This document shows positions 18,081 to 28,482 of a DNA stretch of 64,000 bases, one piece after another. Below the pieces are notes generated by a model, which was given only the letters and a program-made list of their open reading frames with translations, had not been told where the DNA came from and ran no database searches. The DNA is from a virus (taxonomy: Duplodnaviria > Caudoviricetes). The position numbers were made by a program, and so were the translations under genes. Within the stretch, counting starts at the first letter, position 1. Each line of letters starts with the position of its first letter. Location of the stretch: IMG/VR virus record IMGVR_UViG_3300009873_000081, positions 1-64,000 of that record; one strand, 5' to 3'.

Positions 18081-20788
18081 CTCCTTGCTGGCAAGATCAC
18101 TTCACTGCCTGCATTTTCAAATTCTTCGCCAGTCACGCCTTTTGCTGGCTCTGCGGCGCTGCCAGCAACGACTGTAGCGGGCATGACGATCCGCCCTTGT
18201 TCGTCTTTGACTGCTTTTAGCGCTTCTCCTGTCAGCCTGATGCCACGCAAAGCCGGGTACATCTTTGACAAGTCCTTCAAAACTTTGTTCATTACTTCAA
18301 TGTACTCGTTTACGGCTTTTTCACGCGCAGCTTTCTTGAGAAATTTAGTCTCGGTTTTAGTTGCAGTTCTGGGCACGTCCACGCCTTGAAGCTTGGCAAA
18401 GTCTTTGTCTTTGAGCATCTGAATAGCGCGGATCGTTTGAAAAAGTCCACGCACACCTTTGAGCAAGCCATAGACTTTACCAAGCTTGGAACGATAGAGC
18501 AGTTCGCCAAAGACAGTCTGGGTGACGACTCGGCCTAAATCCTGTGCAGTTTTTTTATCTCCACCTGCTGTAATCTTTTTATCCAAGACCTTCTTGACTT
18601 CTTCGGTAAACTGTTTTTGGCCTCTAAGCTTGCTCAAATTGTTTGCGCCACGTTCAGCAGCTTTCTCATCAATCGTACTGCGAATGCGGCTTTGCAATTT
18701 ATCTAAATTGAGCTTGTCTTTACCCTTTGCGCCAATTTCAGTAATCAGGTTATCGACGCGATTAAGCTCAGAGAGTGAAAGCCCCTGTTCGACGCTTTTC
18801 TTGCGAAGTGCTAAAAGCTCGTCACGCAAGGCTTGAAACTCCGGCGCGGTAAAAGCTTCTTTATTTGCTGGCGCTTTTGGTTGCCCGCTTTTGATTTTTT
18901 TGTCAACAACGCTTTTAACTTCTTGTGCAAACTGTGTTTGATTGTTTAATTCGCGGACGTTGGGCACTCCCACTTGCTCTGCTTTTTTCTCGATAAACGA
19001 ACGCAATTCTTTTCGCAACGTACCTAAGTTTTTTCCGATGTTGGAAGTCTTCACATCGCCAGCAACGGTAAAGACCTTATCTCCCGCCATATTGTCGATT
19101 AGCCGCTTGACTTCGTTTATCTCGGAAAGATTCAGACCACGATTTTCGTTTCTTAACAGCAGCTTGACGATATTATTGTATTCGTCTTGCAGCGGCTTGG
19201 CAAGGTCTTTGAACGGAATGCCTTTCTTCAAACGCTTGAGATTATTGAGAATCTTTTTGTTAAGCTCCGTTGAAAATCTTGTCTTGCTCGCACCTTCCAG
19301 AGCGTCGTCCAATGTTTTCTGACTTTGTTTTGCAGCGCTTTTCAGCTTTTCAGAAATCGCCGCATAGTCATCACCGGCTTCAACGCCCATACCGACCAGA
19401 CGTTTACCAATATCACCCGCTTGCGTCTGAGTTTTGTTGGTAATGCGATAGGTCTCTTGATCGGTCAAATCCAAACCTTTTGCAATTCTCTGGTCGGCAG
19501 GCGCAACCAAGTCAGACAGCTTCTCCGTGCCAGATTTGCGCATATCATAAATCTGATCCAGCGCTTTGTCAGCGTCATCAACCTTATAGGTCTGCGAACG
19601 CAATTCAGTTTTTGGCGGTTTGGCGTTTTGCGAGTAAGCTGCCAAGCTCTCTTCGTCCAATTGCTTTAAAACTGGATCGTTGGCCAGATCGTCAGCCGAG
19701 GCTCCAGCAATTTCAAGCTCTTCGGTGCGTTTCAAAATATCAGCATCAATTTCTGGCGGCGTCCGTGTCGTTGGCGCTACGTTAGTTGGAACAGGCTGAT
19801 CCAAACGCTTTAACGTAGCATCAATAGTCTTACCGCTGGCTTCGCTGATTTTGCCAGCACGTTCGGACATCTCTTCCAAAGTGCCGGTAATGCCCATTTG
19901 CGCAACAGCCTCGCCAACTTTGGCTTCTTTGGTTGCGTCAGAAAGCTTTACCCTTTGCGCTCCGGTAAGCCCCATGCCTTGAAGCATCTGCTCATTGACG
20001 TTGGCATCTTTAAGCAAATGCTCGACACCGAGTCTTTTGTTGGCAAGCTTGAGCGAGCCAAGTATTGCAACTTTACCTGCTCCGGTAGCTATGCTAATAG
20101 GATCGCTGACATAATTTAGCCGATTGACCATCTCGGCAGTCTTTATTATATTCCTTGCTTGTGATGCCGACAAAATACCTGCCTGCGCCCCTTTAGTTGC
20201 TGCTGTCTTTCCCAGGCCTGCGCCTAAAGTCGCAACTGTTGAGACAAACTCAGCAGGATTTTTTTCTATTGTATTCAGCACACGATCAAGCGAGCCTGCA
20301 TTCTCTACGATAGCATCGCCAATAATAGAAAGAGCTTGGTTCTCTTGTTCAGACTGCTGCTCAGGCGTCAAATCAGTGCCCCCTAAAAACTCAGGAAGCG
20401 TCTGTCTTAACTTAGCCCCAGGATAGAGTGCAACATCTGCCACAGGCTTCGGCAGCACTTTTCTAAGCAGTCCGCGTGTCACCGACCCCAAGCCTTCAGC
20501 AGTTTGAAACGGATTCATCAGCATGTGAGCCAAGCCCTCCGCCATTTCTTTTATATCTGCTCCGTACTCTTTTCCGGCATCGCCAAAACTAAACTTGGCA
20601 TTTATGCCTTCGATCTCATAGCCTTCTCCAATCATTTGGTTGACCAGATTTAGCTGCGCATCCTCGCTTGCTGCTATACGAGGGTCGGAGTCAATAATCT
20701 CATTCAAACGATTAGACGAGACAAAGACCGGCGCACGTCCGGATTGCGGCTCTGCCAAAGGCTTCAATGTTTTATTAGGATCGGCCAT
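18077..20788 (-). CDS. large internal virion/ejection protein
   Basis: 903 aa, helical, Ala/Lys-rich, located between nozzle and tailspikes. Confidence 0.6.
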   Translation of the reverse strand: MADPNKTLKPLAEPQSGRAPVFVSSNRLNEIIDSDPRIAASEDAQLNLVNQMIGEGYEIEGINAKFSFGDAGKEYGADIKEMAEGLAHMLMNPFQTAEGLGSVTRGLLRKVLPKPVADVALYPGAKLRQTLPEFLGGTDLTPEQQSEQENQALSIIGDAIVENAGSLDRVLNTIEKNPAEFVSTVATLGAGLGKTAATKGAQAGILSASQARNIIKTAEMVNRLNYVSDPISIATGAGKVAILGSLKLANKRLGVEHLLKDANVNEQMLQGMGLTGAQRVKLSDATKEAKVGEAVAQMGITGTLEEMSERAGKISEASGKTIDATLKRLDQPVPTNVAPTTRTPPEIDADILKRTEELEIAGASADDLANDPVLKQLDEESLAAYSQNAKPPKTELRSQTYKVDDADKALDQIYDMRKSGTEKLSDLVAPADQRIAKGLDLTDQETYRITNKTQTQAGDIGKRLVGMGVEAGDDYAAISEKLKSAAKQSQKTLDDALEGASKTRFSTELNKKILNNLKRLKKGIPFKDLAKPLQDEYNNIVKLLLRNENRGLNLSEINEVKRLIDNMAGDKVFTVAGDVKTSNIGKNLGTLRKELRSFIEKKAEQVGVPNVRELNNQTQFAQEVKSVVDKKIKSGQPKAPANKEAFTAPEFQALRDELLALRKKSVEQGLSLSELNRVDNLITEIGAKGKDKLNLDKLQSRIRSTIDEKAAERGANNLSKLRGQKQFTEEVKKVLDKKITAGGDKKTAQDLGRVVTQTVFGELLYRSKLGKVYGLLKGVRGLFQTIRAIQMLKDKDFAKLQGVDVPRTATKTETKFLKKAAREKAVNEYIEVMNKVLKDLSKMYPALRGIRLTGEALKAVKDEQGRIVMPATVVAGSAAEPAKGVTGEEFENAGSEVILPARR

Positions 20789-20790
20789 TA

Positions 20791-22002
20791 TTATTCTTTT
20801 CGTCTAAGCAATTTAAGCTTGTCTCGAATTTCAGTCTCGTTGATCTCGCCTTGTGACGACTTAAAAGTTTGCCCTGTTGTTTGGCTCTCTCCCGGTTTAA
20901 AGTTTTCAAGCGCTTCCGGAAAATAGCTGTAAGGCTTGGCAATCAAATCAAGATTGTCGATGCCGAATTCATTGCCCCTGGATCGCCCTTTTTCAACTTC
21001 TTCGTTGGCAAACTTCTGTGCTCTGGCTCCAATAATATTGACTGCCTCTCTAATCGAACGCACAGTTTCATCCGTAACCGCGCCACCTTGTACGGCACTT
21101 TGTATTTTTGAAATAACACTGTCAACCAAACCTTGCATTTGTTGAGTACGGATAAATTCGGATTCCCGTACAACCGAAAGCGGGTCGAGCATCTTTTGGA
21201 AAGTTGTAAGCACAGTTTGTTGCTTAATATTACGATTAAGCTGAGACTGTGTAGAATCAAGAACATCGTTCACTTTAGCAGCCTGACTTCGCATTTCCAG
21301 AAAGTCTTTAACCGGAGCCGATTGTGAGACATCTTTACCGAGTTGTCTAACCAGATTGGCTTTTTGCGGTGCGGTCAGGGGCTTCTCTTGCGGTTCTGAT
21401 AATGCCTTAGCTCTGGCAAGATTTTCTGCGGTTTGCGACCTTTTCAAATCAATCTCAGCCTGTTCCAACTGCTTTTCCGGCTCAGTCATAAGCGATGGCC
21501 TTGCGCCTTTTTGTAAAAGCTCGGTATCGCCAAAAGCGCCTGCCGCTGCTAAAGTCGGTGCCTTTTCCCCAGTTGCTACCGCCTCTCCATACTCGCGGCC
21601 AAGTCGTTCACGATTCGCTCTCCCCAAAGTTTCAATTGCCAGTCCCTGTTGCCCTGACACTGCGGCTTGCGCTGCAATCTTGTTAGGATCGCCAGACTCG
21701 ATAGCAGCTTGTAAATCTTGTAGCCTTTTTTTGTCAAGCTCGAATGCGTCAGCTTTCATCTGCACATCAAGCGAAGAACGAATCAAATCTGGATTATTCA
21801 AAATCGAACCGAGCATACGCAAACTGGATGCTGGATTTTTGGAAAAATCGGCTGTAGCTAAATAATCCGAAGCTAAATTTTGACGTGTTTGCTCCTGAAT
21901 TTGTTGCATAAGCCGAGCCTGTAAAGCCGCCGACTCAGGACTTTGCCGCTGTGCTGAGAGCGCATTGATTTGCTGTATAAGCGGATCGAATGGAGTAGCC
22001 AT
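20791..22002 (-). CDS. internal virion/ejection protein
   Basis: KMLDPLSVVRESEF motif typical of podoviral injection proteins; Gln/Ala-rich. Confidence 0.65.
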   Translation of the reverse strand: MATPFDPLIQQINALSAQRQSPESAALQARLMQQIQEQTRQNLASDYLATADFSKNPASSLRMLGSILNNPDLIRSSLDVQMKADAFELDKKRLQDLQAAIESGDPNKIAAQAAVSGQQGLAIETLGRANRERLGREYGEAVATGEKAPTLAAAGAFGDTELLQKGARPSLMTEPEKQLEQAEIDLKRSQTAENLARAKALSEPQEKPLTAPQKANLVRQLGKDVSQSAPVKDFLEMRSQAAKVNDVLDSTQSQLNRNIKQQTVLTTFQKMLDPLSVVRESEFIRTQQMQGLVDSVISKIQSAVQGGAVTDETVRSIREAVNIIGARAQKFANEEVEKGRSRGNEFGIDNLDLIAKPYSYFPEALENFKPGESQTTGQTFKSSQGEINETEIRDKLKLLRRKE

Positions 22003-22613
22003 TATGAAATCCTCGGATTGGTGTAGCCAATCGGATCAAACTGAAAATTAAAATTCGATGCCGGCAATTGTTGGAACGGATTCATCTCCGGCAAAGACTG
22101 GTAAGGATTATTAAAGTATCTGTCGGGCATCACGACCGGATTATTGCTAAAAGAGCCGCTTGGCAATGAGGTTTGTGCTAACTGTAATTGCCGCAACTGA
22201 TCCAAATAAGGCTGAAATGGTGAAGGCTGATTTAAATTATATAGCGACATACCAAGCCCAGCCAATCCACTGAAAAGCTCACCGCGAGACTGTTGTGCCT
22301 GCTGTGCTTGCTGATGTTGCATTTCTTTAACCTGCATAAGCAGTCTTTGCCTTTGTGACTCGAACTGATCGCGGATTCTCGAAGCTTGATCGCTGATAAT
22401 AGCATTGACCGCTCCCGAACCTCCCAATCCAGCAGATGCTAAACGTCTTCTTGTAGAAGCTGCATTCTCAGCCAAAGCACGAGATTGATCAAGTTGTAGG
22501 AAATGCCTAACATCTTCCTCAAGATAGCTTTTCGGCCCGTAAAGCGTATTTATAAGAGACCCTAAAACGCCTGAGCCAGTTGTGGCTAAAGCAATTGCCG
22601 ACATAGGTTCCAT
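22002..22613 (-). CDS. small ejection protein
   Basis: MEPMSAIALATTGSGVLG N-terminus; RLASAGLGGSGA; Gln-rich. Confidence 0.6.
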   Translation of the reverse strand: MEPMSAIALATTGSGVLGSLINTLYGPKSYLEEDVRHFLQLDQSRALAENAASTRRRLASAGLGGSGAVNAIISDQASRIRDQFESQRQRLLMQVKEMQHQQAQQAQQSRGELFSGLAGLGMSLYNLNQPSPFQPYLDQLRQLQLAQTSLPSGSFSNNPVVMPDRYFNNPYQSLPEMNPFQQLPASNFNFQFDPIGYTNPRIS

Positions 22614-22622
22614 AATCTTAAC

Positions 22623-22780
22623 TTGCTTTTCTCAAAAAATTTTGTTATCTTGTTTTGTTCGCAATTGACGTTTTTTATTTATAAGCCAACAATTTTTCAA
22701 GCTTTGCCGAGAGCGTCCCGATGTCAGGGACACAATCCAGCCTTCAAACGCCGATTGCGAACAACTCTCGGCATTTTTAT
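22623..22780 (+). promoter_or_regulatory. sigma70-like promoter and attenuator-like leader
   Basis: TTGCTT-N17-TATCTT; two interleaved inverted repeats; T-run. Confidence 0.6.
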
Positions 22781-22793
22781 TTGAAGGTTTTTT

Positions 22794-23102
22794 ATGCCAA
22801 ACAAGCGCAAAAAGAAATTTCCAAAAATTACGAAAAACACCAAATTTTATTGCAACCAGTTCGTAGTTGTTGGTTTTTGCGAAAATGGCTGCCATTACAT
22901 CGGTCAGCACGATCATTCGATTGAGCATCAAAGAAACTGCCTTTGCACCGATCTGGTAATGATTCCGTTCGATGACGAGCCGCCTTGTGCGACGATAGCT
23001 TTTCCATCCGAGAAAATTAAGAACGGTATTTTTGTTCTGCATTTTGTTCCTGCCTTTATGGGCGCCTATCCTTATGAAACCGTTGGCGAACCGGAGAATT
23101 AG
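22794..23102 (+). CDS. hypothetical protein (antisense cassette)
   Basis: follows promoter/leader and abuts the HNH gene. Confidence 0.5.
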   Translation: MPNKRKKKFPKITKNTKFYCNQFVVVGFCENGCHYIGQHDHSIEHQRNCLCTDLVMIPFDDEPPCATIAFPSEKIKNGIFVLHFVPAFMGAYPYETVGEPEN

Positions 23103-23104
23103 AC

Positions 23105-23887
23105 ATGAAAACTAAAAGACTTGACAGAATAAAACTAATCGGTAAAAAATTTGGACAGCGTATTGTCATTGCCATATCAAAAGTTAAAAAGTATTACTTT
23201 GACGTAAAGTGTGTTTGTGGAAAAATCTCTACTGTTCGACATCATGATCTATTAAAAACATCTCATTGCGGTTGTTTAAATAAAAGATGCTATAAACATG
23301 GCAAACACGGGACTAAAATATATCGAACTTGGCAAGGCATAAAATCTAGATGTAAAGACAAAAACAATCAAAACTATGGCGGTCGAGGCATAAAAGTTTG
23401 TAAAGGATTTCATAACTCGTTTAGCCACTTCTATTCGATAATAGGCGATCCACCGTCACCTAAACACTCAATTGATCGCATAAAAAATAATCTTCATTAT
23501 TCTTGCGGCATTTGCCCAGAGTGTAGAAAAAGAAACTGGAAACTAAACTGCAAATGGGCTACACAAAGTGAACAATCTAATAATACTCGATCTAACCGAA
23601 TAGTGACTGTTGGTAAGGAAAAACTGACAACCCAACAATTTGCTAATAAGATTGGTATTCGATCCGACACTTTCCGTAAGCGACTGGACAAGTACAAATG
23701 GTCTATTGATAAAGCTACCACTACTCCAGCATTAAAAACGAAAAAGAGCGTAGTCTATAAGGGAAAAATAGAGTTTATCAAAGAACTATCAGAGAAATCA
23801 GGTCTAAAATATGCTACGCTATGGAGACGCTTATATATTTTGCACTGGCCTGTTGAAAAAGCTGTAGATATGCCTGTAGTGTATTAG
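23105..23887 (+). CDS. HNH homing endonuclease
   Basis: YRTWQGIKSRC, NYGGRGIKVC, SIDRIKN...NCKWAT..EQSNN, repeated C-terminal HTH; GGAG RBS. Confidence 0.9.
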   Translation: MKTKRLDRIKLIGKKFGQRIVIAISKVKKYYFDVKCVCGKISTVRHHDLLKTSHCGCLNKRCYKHGKHGTKIYRTWQGIKSRCKDKNNQNYGGRGIKVCKGFHNSFSHFYSIIGDPPSPKHSIDRIKNNLHYSCGICPECRKRNWKLNCKWATQSEQSNNTRSNRIVTVGKEKLTTQQFANKIGIRSDTFRKRLDKYKWSIDKATTTPALKTKKSVVYKGKIEFIKELSEKSGLKYATLWRRLYILHWPVEKAVDMPVVY

Positions 23888-26299
23888 TCAAGCCTTGAGT
23901 TGATCTCTGCTAATATCTTGAGTTGATCCACCTCCAGCGAGGTGTTTCCGGTTTTTTGAGAATCGGACAGCGTAATTTCAAAAGATAAATCTTTGCACCA
24001 CAGACCCAATGGAAATTTAAATCGTTTTGACTGTGCTGTTGTTTGTTCTGCCAGAGTCGGCACGAACGAGCTTACGACTTGTTCGCCATTTCGATAAAGT
24101 TTCAAAGTAATTCCACTGCCTACAGACTTGTAACGAATATAGCCTTCGTAAGGAATTAGCTGTTGGTCTTGCGATCCTTGAAAGCCAGTTGTCTCATCAA
24201 AGAATGATTTAGCGGTAAGTTTAGCCGAATGCCATAAAGGAACAATTACCGTGCCTGCCTGTGTTGTCCCCGAATCGTGCAGATAGATGTTACTTGTGCT
24301 CATACTGTACAAGCTGCCGTCTCTCGATCCCAACAAGATTCTCATAACATGAGCAAAACTAAGCTCCGTCATTTCTAGGCCTTCGCTCAAAAGATTAACC
24401 GCATAATACTTTTGGTCGGTTGGAAATGCAAACATAAGCTCCGAACGCTTCAGCCGGATTAGTCAGAGCATCAAAGTCGGTTTTTAAGCCCTCACCAATC
24501 ATCGTGCCCTGTCCGGTTTCATCAAACACAATGAAGCCAGTACGCGACACGCCAAACACTAAATTTCTACCGGTTGGTGGATGTAATGCAGTTGCAATGC
24601 TATCAGGAGCAAGAATACCTTCTCTTTTTCCTATTCGATCCAGCGCAAAATCGAATTCGGCTCCTGTGGTTAAAGTCAGGACATAGGCATCGTCTTCAGT
24701 AAAGATCAGCAAACGGCGTTTTGGTGATACTACACCAGGAGTATCAGATGCAACCGCCAAGCCTGTGATTGTCTTAGCACCAAAGAAGCCAAGATTGATG
24801 ATATTTGATCCTCCAAAACTATCGTAAGTTGCCACACCTGCGCCGTCGATAGTGCTGGAAATCAAGTAATTGTCAAGTTTTTGAGTGCTTTCCTTGTTGC
24901 GAATTTTGCCGACAATAAAGTGCGAATCGAGGGCTACGCCGTAAGCAAAATTCGGCCTGACACCTGTTTGGCCTACAGTGTCGATATAGGTAGAGCCTAA
25001 AGACGGGTCACTCGTTAATTCAATATAGCGTGTGCTTTCGTTGATTTTTAATAGACCATCGGTATCTAAGTCTAAAACCGTCTCATCACTGCCGTCATCC
25101 ATCTCGGTAGCACTGCCGCTTATGCTGAATCGCCGCCAAAATTGCACATTGGCAGTCGCTGACTGTCGAGCAAACACATGAAGTCCGGTTATGCGACGAG
25201 AAATTAAATGCTTTGAATAGTTCGTAGGTATTTCATCCGTATCTGAGGCAAAACCAGTAAAAGCCTTTTCAAAACTTGATGTTGTCGAATTCCAACAAGC
25301 GTTATAAGGTATATCTAAAAAGAACCGAATTGATTCATCCGAAGCTCCGCCTGTTAAATCAATAGTTGACTCTTCTGAAAGCGGCCCGATCTGAAAACCA
25401 TCGTACTCGTAAGCACAGGCAAACAACCAAGTCTCTTGCGCAATCGTAGCACCAGGAGAGCTTTGTTTGGTTAGCCGCATAATACCGGCATCAGGCTTAA
25501 GCATCTGATGGATGTCGAGAAAGAAATCTGAGACGGTATCGGGAACTGACGAACTCGGTGAATCGTCGGTATTTCCGAATTGCCGATTGACATAGCCATA
25601 CCACAACTGGTATTGGGTTGGAAAAGAATAAGTGTTTCCCGTCATGCCAATCAAAAGATTCTCCCTTTGGACAAACCTTACAATGTTGTCAACATTATCG
25701 AGCTTGCCAGTTTTGATCGGCCAACGAGAAATGTAGTAAGTATTGCCAGAACCGTTGCCGTTGAGTGCACCAGTTGTAAAAGTCAATGTCTTTGTGGCTC
25801 CGTCATAACCGGTGACTATCGCAGCAGTTTCGCTTGCACCAATAGTAATCGTTACAATCCAGCCGTTGTAATAATCGTCATCTGATGAAGAAAGCTCACT
25901 ATCTACTATTTGGTCGGCGCTGCTCGATGCGTCTGTTGTGTAAGGCCCTTCAGACTCGGTAATTTTTCTAAAGCCGCTTTGAAAAGCCGAGCCATCCCAG
26001 TATTTTCCAACCCACAAATGGTTATTGCTCGATCCATCTTGTCCGTGCAAAAGGTATATGTCAGTGTTGGACGGCGAAGTAAGCCCAAGCTCACCGACAT
26101 TCTTCCAAGTAACAGAACTCGGCAAAGTCGAGCCAAACAAAGAACTGGCAGCATCAGCATACGCGCCGGATTTAGACAAGCTTCCAGGACGATCAGTAAG
26201 CGAAAAATTCTTGCACTGTGTACTTGCTTCAACCGAAATGTCAATATCGCTTGAGCGCCGGTCAATGCCTCGAAATTTTCCAAGTATGATGCTTGCCAT
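23884..26299 (-). CDS. tail nozzle / stabilisation protein (P22 gp10 or T7 gp12-like), split at about 24435
   Basis: FRGIDRR...QCKNF...PGSLSK N-terminus; beta-rich; two overlapping ORFs of 634 and 183 aa. Confidence 0.65.
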
Positions 26300-26673
26300 T
26301 AGAACAAGTATCCAAATACATCGACCGTTGTCGTCGCTGCGCTGCCCTGAAGTGTATTCATTAGCACTTTGAAGGTATCCGCTGCTACGCCTCTTGTCGC
26401 TCCCGCCTTTGCAATTAGAACCGTATAAAGCGTCGATCCGGTCAGTTCAGTATGAGTTGCATTTGCAACAACGTCATCAAAAGCGGCACTATTAAACCCA
26501 AATGAATAACTCGCAGTTGTCAAGCTTGTCGATGCGGCTCTAACTACAATATGCGTTATAATGCAAGACTTTCCTGTTGGCACGGTGTACAGCGTTGTAG
26601 CCGTAGCCGTGTTCATGTCAACGCTGGTTGTGGTTGACAACCTTGTTATTGCGTTATCTCTTAAAGCCGCCAT
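26299..26673 (-). CDS. virion structural protein
   Basis: TTLYTVPTGKSCII motif; Thr/Ala-rich. Confidence 0.6.
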   Translation of the reverse strand: MAALRDNAITRLSTTTSVDMNTATATTLYTVPTGKSCIITHIVVRAASTSLTTASYSFGFNSAAFDDVVANATHTELTGSTLYTVLIAKAGATRGVAADTFKVLMNTLQGSAATTTVDVFGYLF

Positions 26674-27093
26674 TATACTGCTACAATCTCGTCGTCGTTA
26701 GCAATCAATTCATCATTATTGAAAACCAAGTTACTCCATCTTAACCCCGTTGTGCTTGGAGAGTCCGGCAAAAGTATTTGGCTATCTGAGCCAACTGCCA
26801 AACGGTCGCTTGAGCTTGAATTTCTGGCAATCAAATCGCCTTTAGTTGTCAATATGGACTCAGCAATTTTAAGATCAGCATAAGCTTTAGTCGCTGCGTG
26901 TAAAGTCGATGTTGGTGCGCCTGATAAAGTCAAAACGCCCGTCATTTGTGTCACCGGACTTTTCAACTTTACCGTCAACGTCCGTAGTGAGATCGTCAAC
27001 ATCAACTTCTTGTGCTCCGCCTGTTGCGGGCTGAGTGACCCTAACATTGGTCGAGCCACGAAGAGAAAATTTCGATATTTGATTTACTGCCAT
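26673..27093 (-). CDS. short fibre protein, frameshifted at about 26946
   Basis: KSGDT in one frame joins MTGVLTLSGAPTSTLHAATKAYAD and TTKGDLI in the other. Confidence 0.7.
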
Positions 27094-27100
27094 ACACCTT

Positions 27101-28138
27101 CTATTGTTTTGTCCAGCCTATATTGTCGCCAGAATTTAGCTCTTTTGTCCAGCGCTGCCGATCTATTAAGTCAGCGCCGATAGCTGTTGTGGTGTCGCCA
27201 ATCTCAGAAATCGGACTATCAAACCACCCGCCTGAGCCGATCACTTGATCCGAGTCCGGAGTTAAAGCCCGTTCAGCCAGATAGTTGCGCCAAACCATAA
27301 GCCGATGATTGGTTGGGTCGGTAAAGAGCAGCATTTCACCATAAGTCTTGATATAACCCGGCCCGGCTATATTTTCATTTCCAGTTCCGTTCGAACCTGC
27401 GGTTGTTTGTAAAGCCAGTGTTGCGGCAGCATAAACTTTTATCGAACTGGTTTCGCCCACATAAAGCACATGATCTTTAATTGCCACACCATAAGGTGTA
27501 GAGAGTCCGGTAATTTTGTCTCTATAGGCCATAATACCGTGACTATCCCATTTTAGCACACGAAAGTTGCCAACGTCAGAAATATAAAGCACTCGCTCGT
27601 GCACGTCGTAAGCGATCTGCTGCATATCCGAACCAAGCTGCTGATTGCCGGTTCCAGCACTGCCGGTTGCCTGCTCGATGCTCAAATCCGAGAGCTTGAT
27701 TCTTATAATTCTTCGATTGCCGCTATCAGCACACCACAAATATTGCCGGTTGGCTGAAAGTCCTGTTGGTGCTGAAAGCCCGGTGATTTGGTTGACATAA
27801 GCCAGATCACGAGCGCGGTGCAGCTTGATCCGATTATTGCCGGTATCGCTGATAAAAAGAAGCCCGGAGTCAGGATGATAAACAATATCTCGTGGACTGC
27901 TGAAACCGGTCGAGCCGGTTCCGGAAATCGGCAGCCCGGTCGATACGTTGATGTCGCCGTAATGCGCGACGAAGGCCAAGCCGTTTAGTTTGAGCTTCTT
28001 GATGCGGTTATTGCCCGAATCGCACACCCACACGAAGCGGCCATCCGTAGCTGCTCCGCGAGGTGTGTTGAACTCTTCGTCGTCATCGCCCGATGCTGTC
28101 CCGCCAAATTTCATCAAGTAGGCAAAATTGCTTGGCAT
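27101..28138 (-). CDS. NHL-repeat beta-propeller protein
   Basis: repeated F-x-x-P-x-G...DSGNNRI units. Confidence 0.85.
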   Translation of the reverse strand: MPSNFAYLMKFGGTASGDDDEEFNTPRGAATDGRFVWVCDSGNNRIKKLKLNGLAFVAHYGDINVSTGLPISGTGSTGFSSPRDIVYHPDSGLLFISDTGNNRIKLHRARDLAYVNQITGLSAPTGLSANRQYLWCADSGNRRIIRIKLSDLSIEQATGSAGTGNQQLGSDMQQIAYDVHERVLYISDVGNFRVLKWDSHGIMAYRDKITGLSTPYGVAIKDHVLYVGETSSIKVYAAATLALQTTAGSNGTGNENIAGPGYIKTYGEMLLFTDPTNHRLMVWRNYLAERALTPDSDQVIGSGGWFDSPISEIGDTTTAIGADLIDRQRWTKELNSGDNIGWTKQ

Positions 28139-28266
28139 CAGTAAGGCTTAGGTCTTGGCTTTGGTTTAGGCTTTGGCTTCTTTTTGCCCTGTATTTGCTT
28201 GCGGCGCTCGTCGGCGTATTTGCTTGCGCCGCGATTGCCCTGCGTTGCAGTCGGTGCTGCCATCAT
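28138..28266 (-). CDS. 42-aa basic protein with KP repeats
   Basis: AGGAG RBS; MMAAPT...KKKPKPKPKPRPKPY; TGATG overlap with next gene. Confidence 0.6.
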   Translation of the reverse strand: MMAAPTATQGNRGASKYADERRKQIQGKKKPKPKPKPRPKPY

Positions 28267-28272
28267 AGGCTC

Positions 28273-28482
28273 CTAATTTTTAAGCCCCATCAACTCCATT
28301 ACTGTTGATTTAGCTTCTTCTTCGCTCTTAGCAACGATAGTTTTGTCTTTTCCAGGTTCGCCATAATAGCAGCGAATAATGTAGCCATTCTCAGCAGGCT
28401 CCACATGCAAGCTTTTATGCTGCATCGACGGCACACCTGAGATTGAATAAGAGCTTTTCTTGGCGCTTTTATGCTTTGGCAT
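28273..28482 (-). CDS. hypothetical protein
   Basis: VEPAENGYII motif; AAGGAG RBS. Confidence 0.6.
   Translation of the reverse strand: MPKHKSAKKSSYSISGVPSMQHKSLHVEPAENGYIIRCYYGEPGKDKTIVAKSEEEAKSTVMELMGLKN

Noticed and set aside
22632-23042. Minus-strand 136-aa ORF as a structural gene
   Set aside because: Overlaps a plus-strand promoter, leader and better-supported ORF
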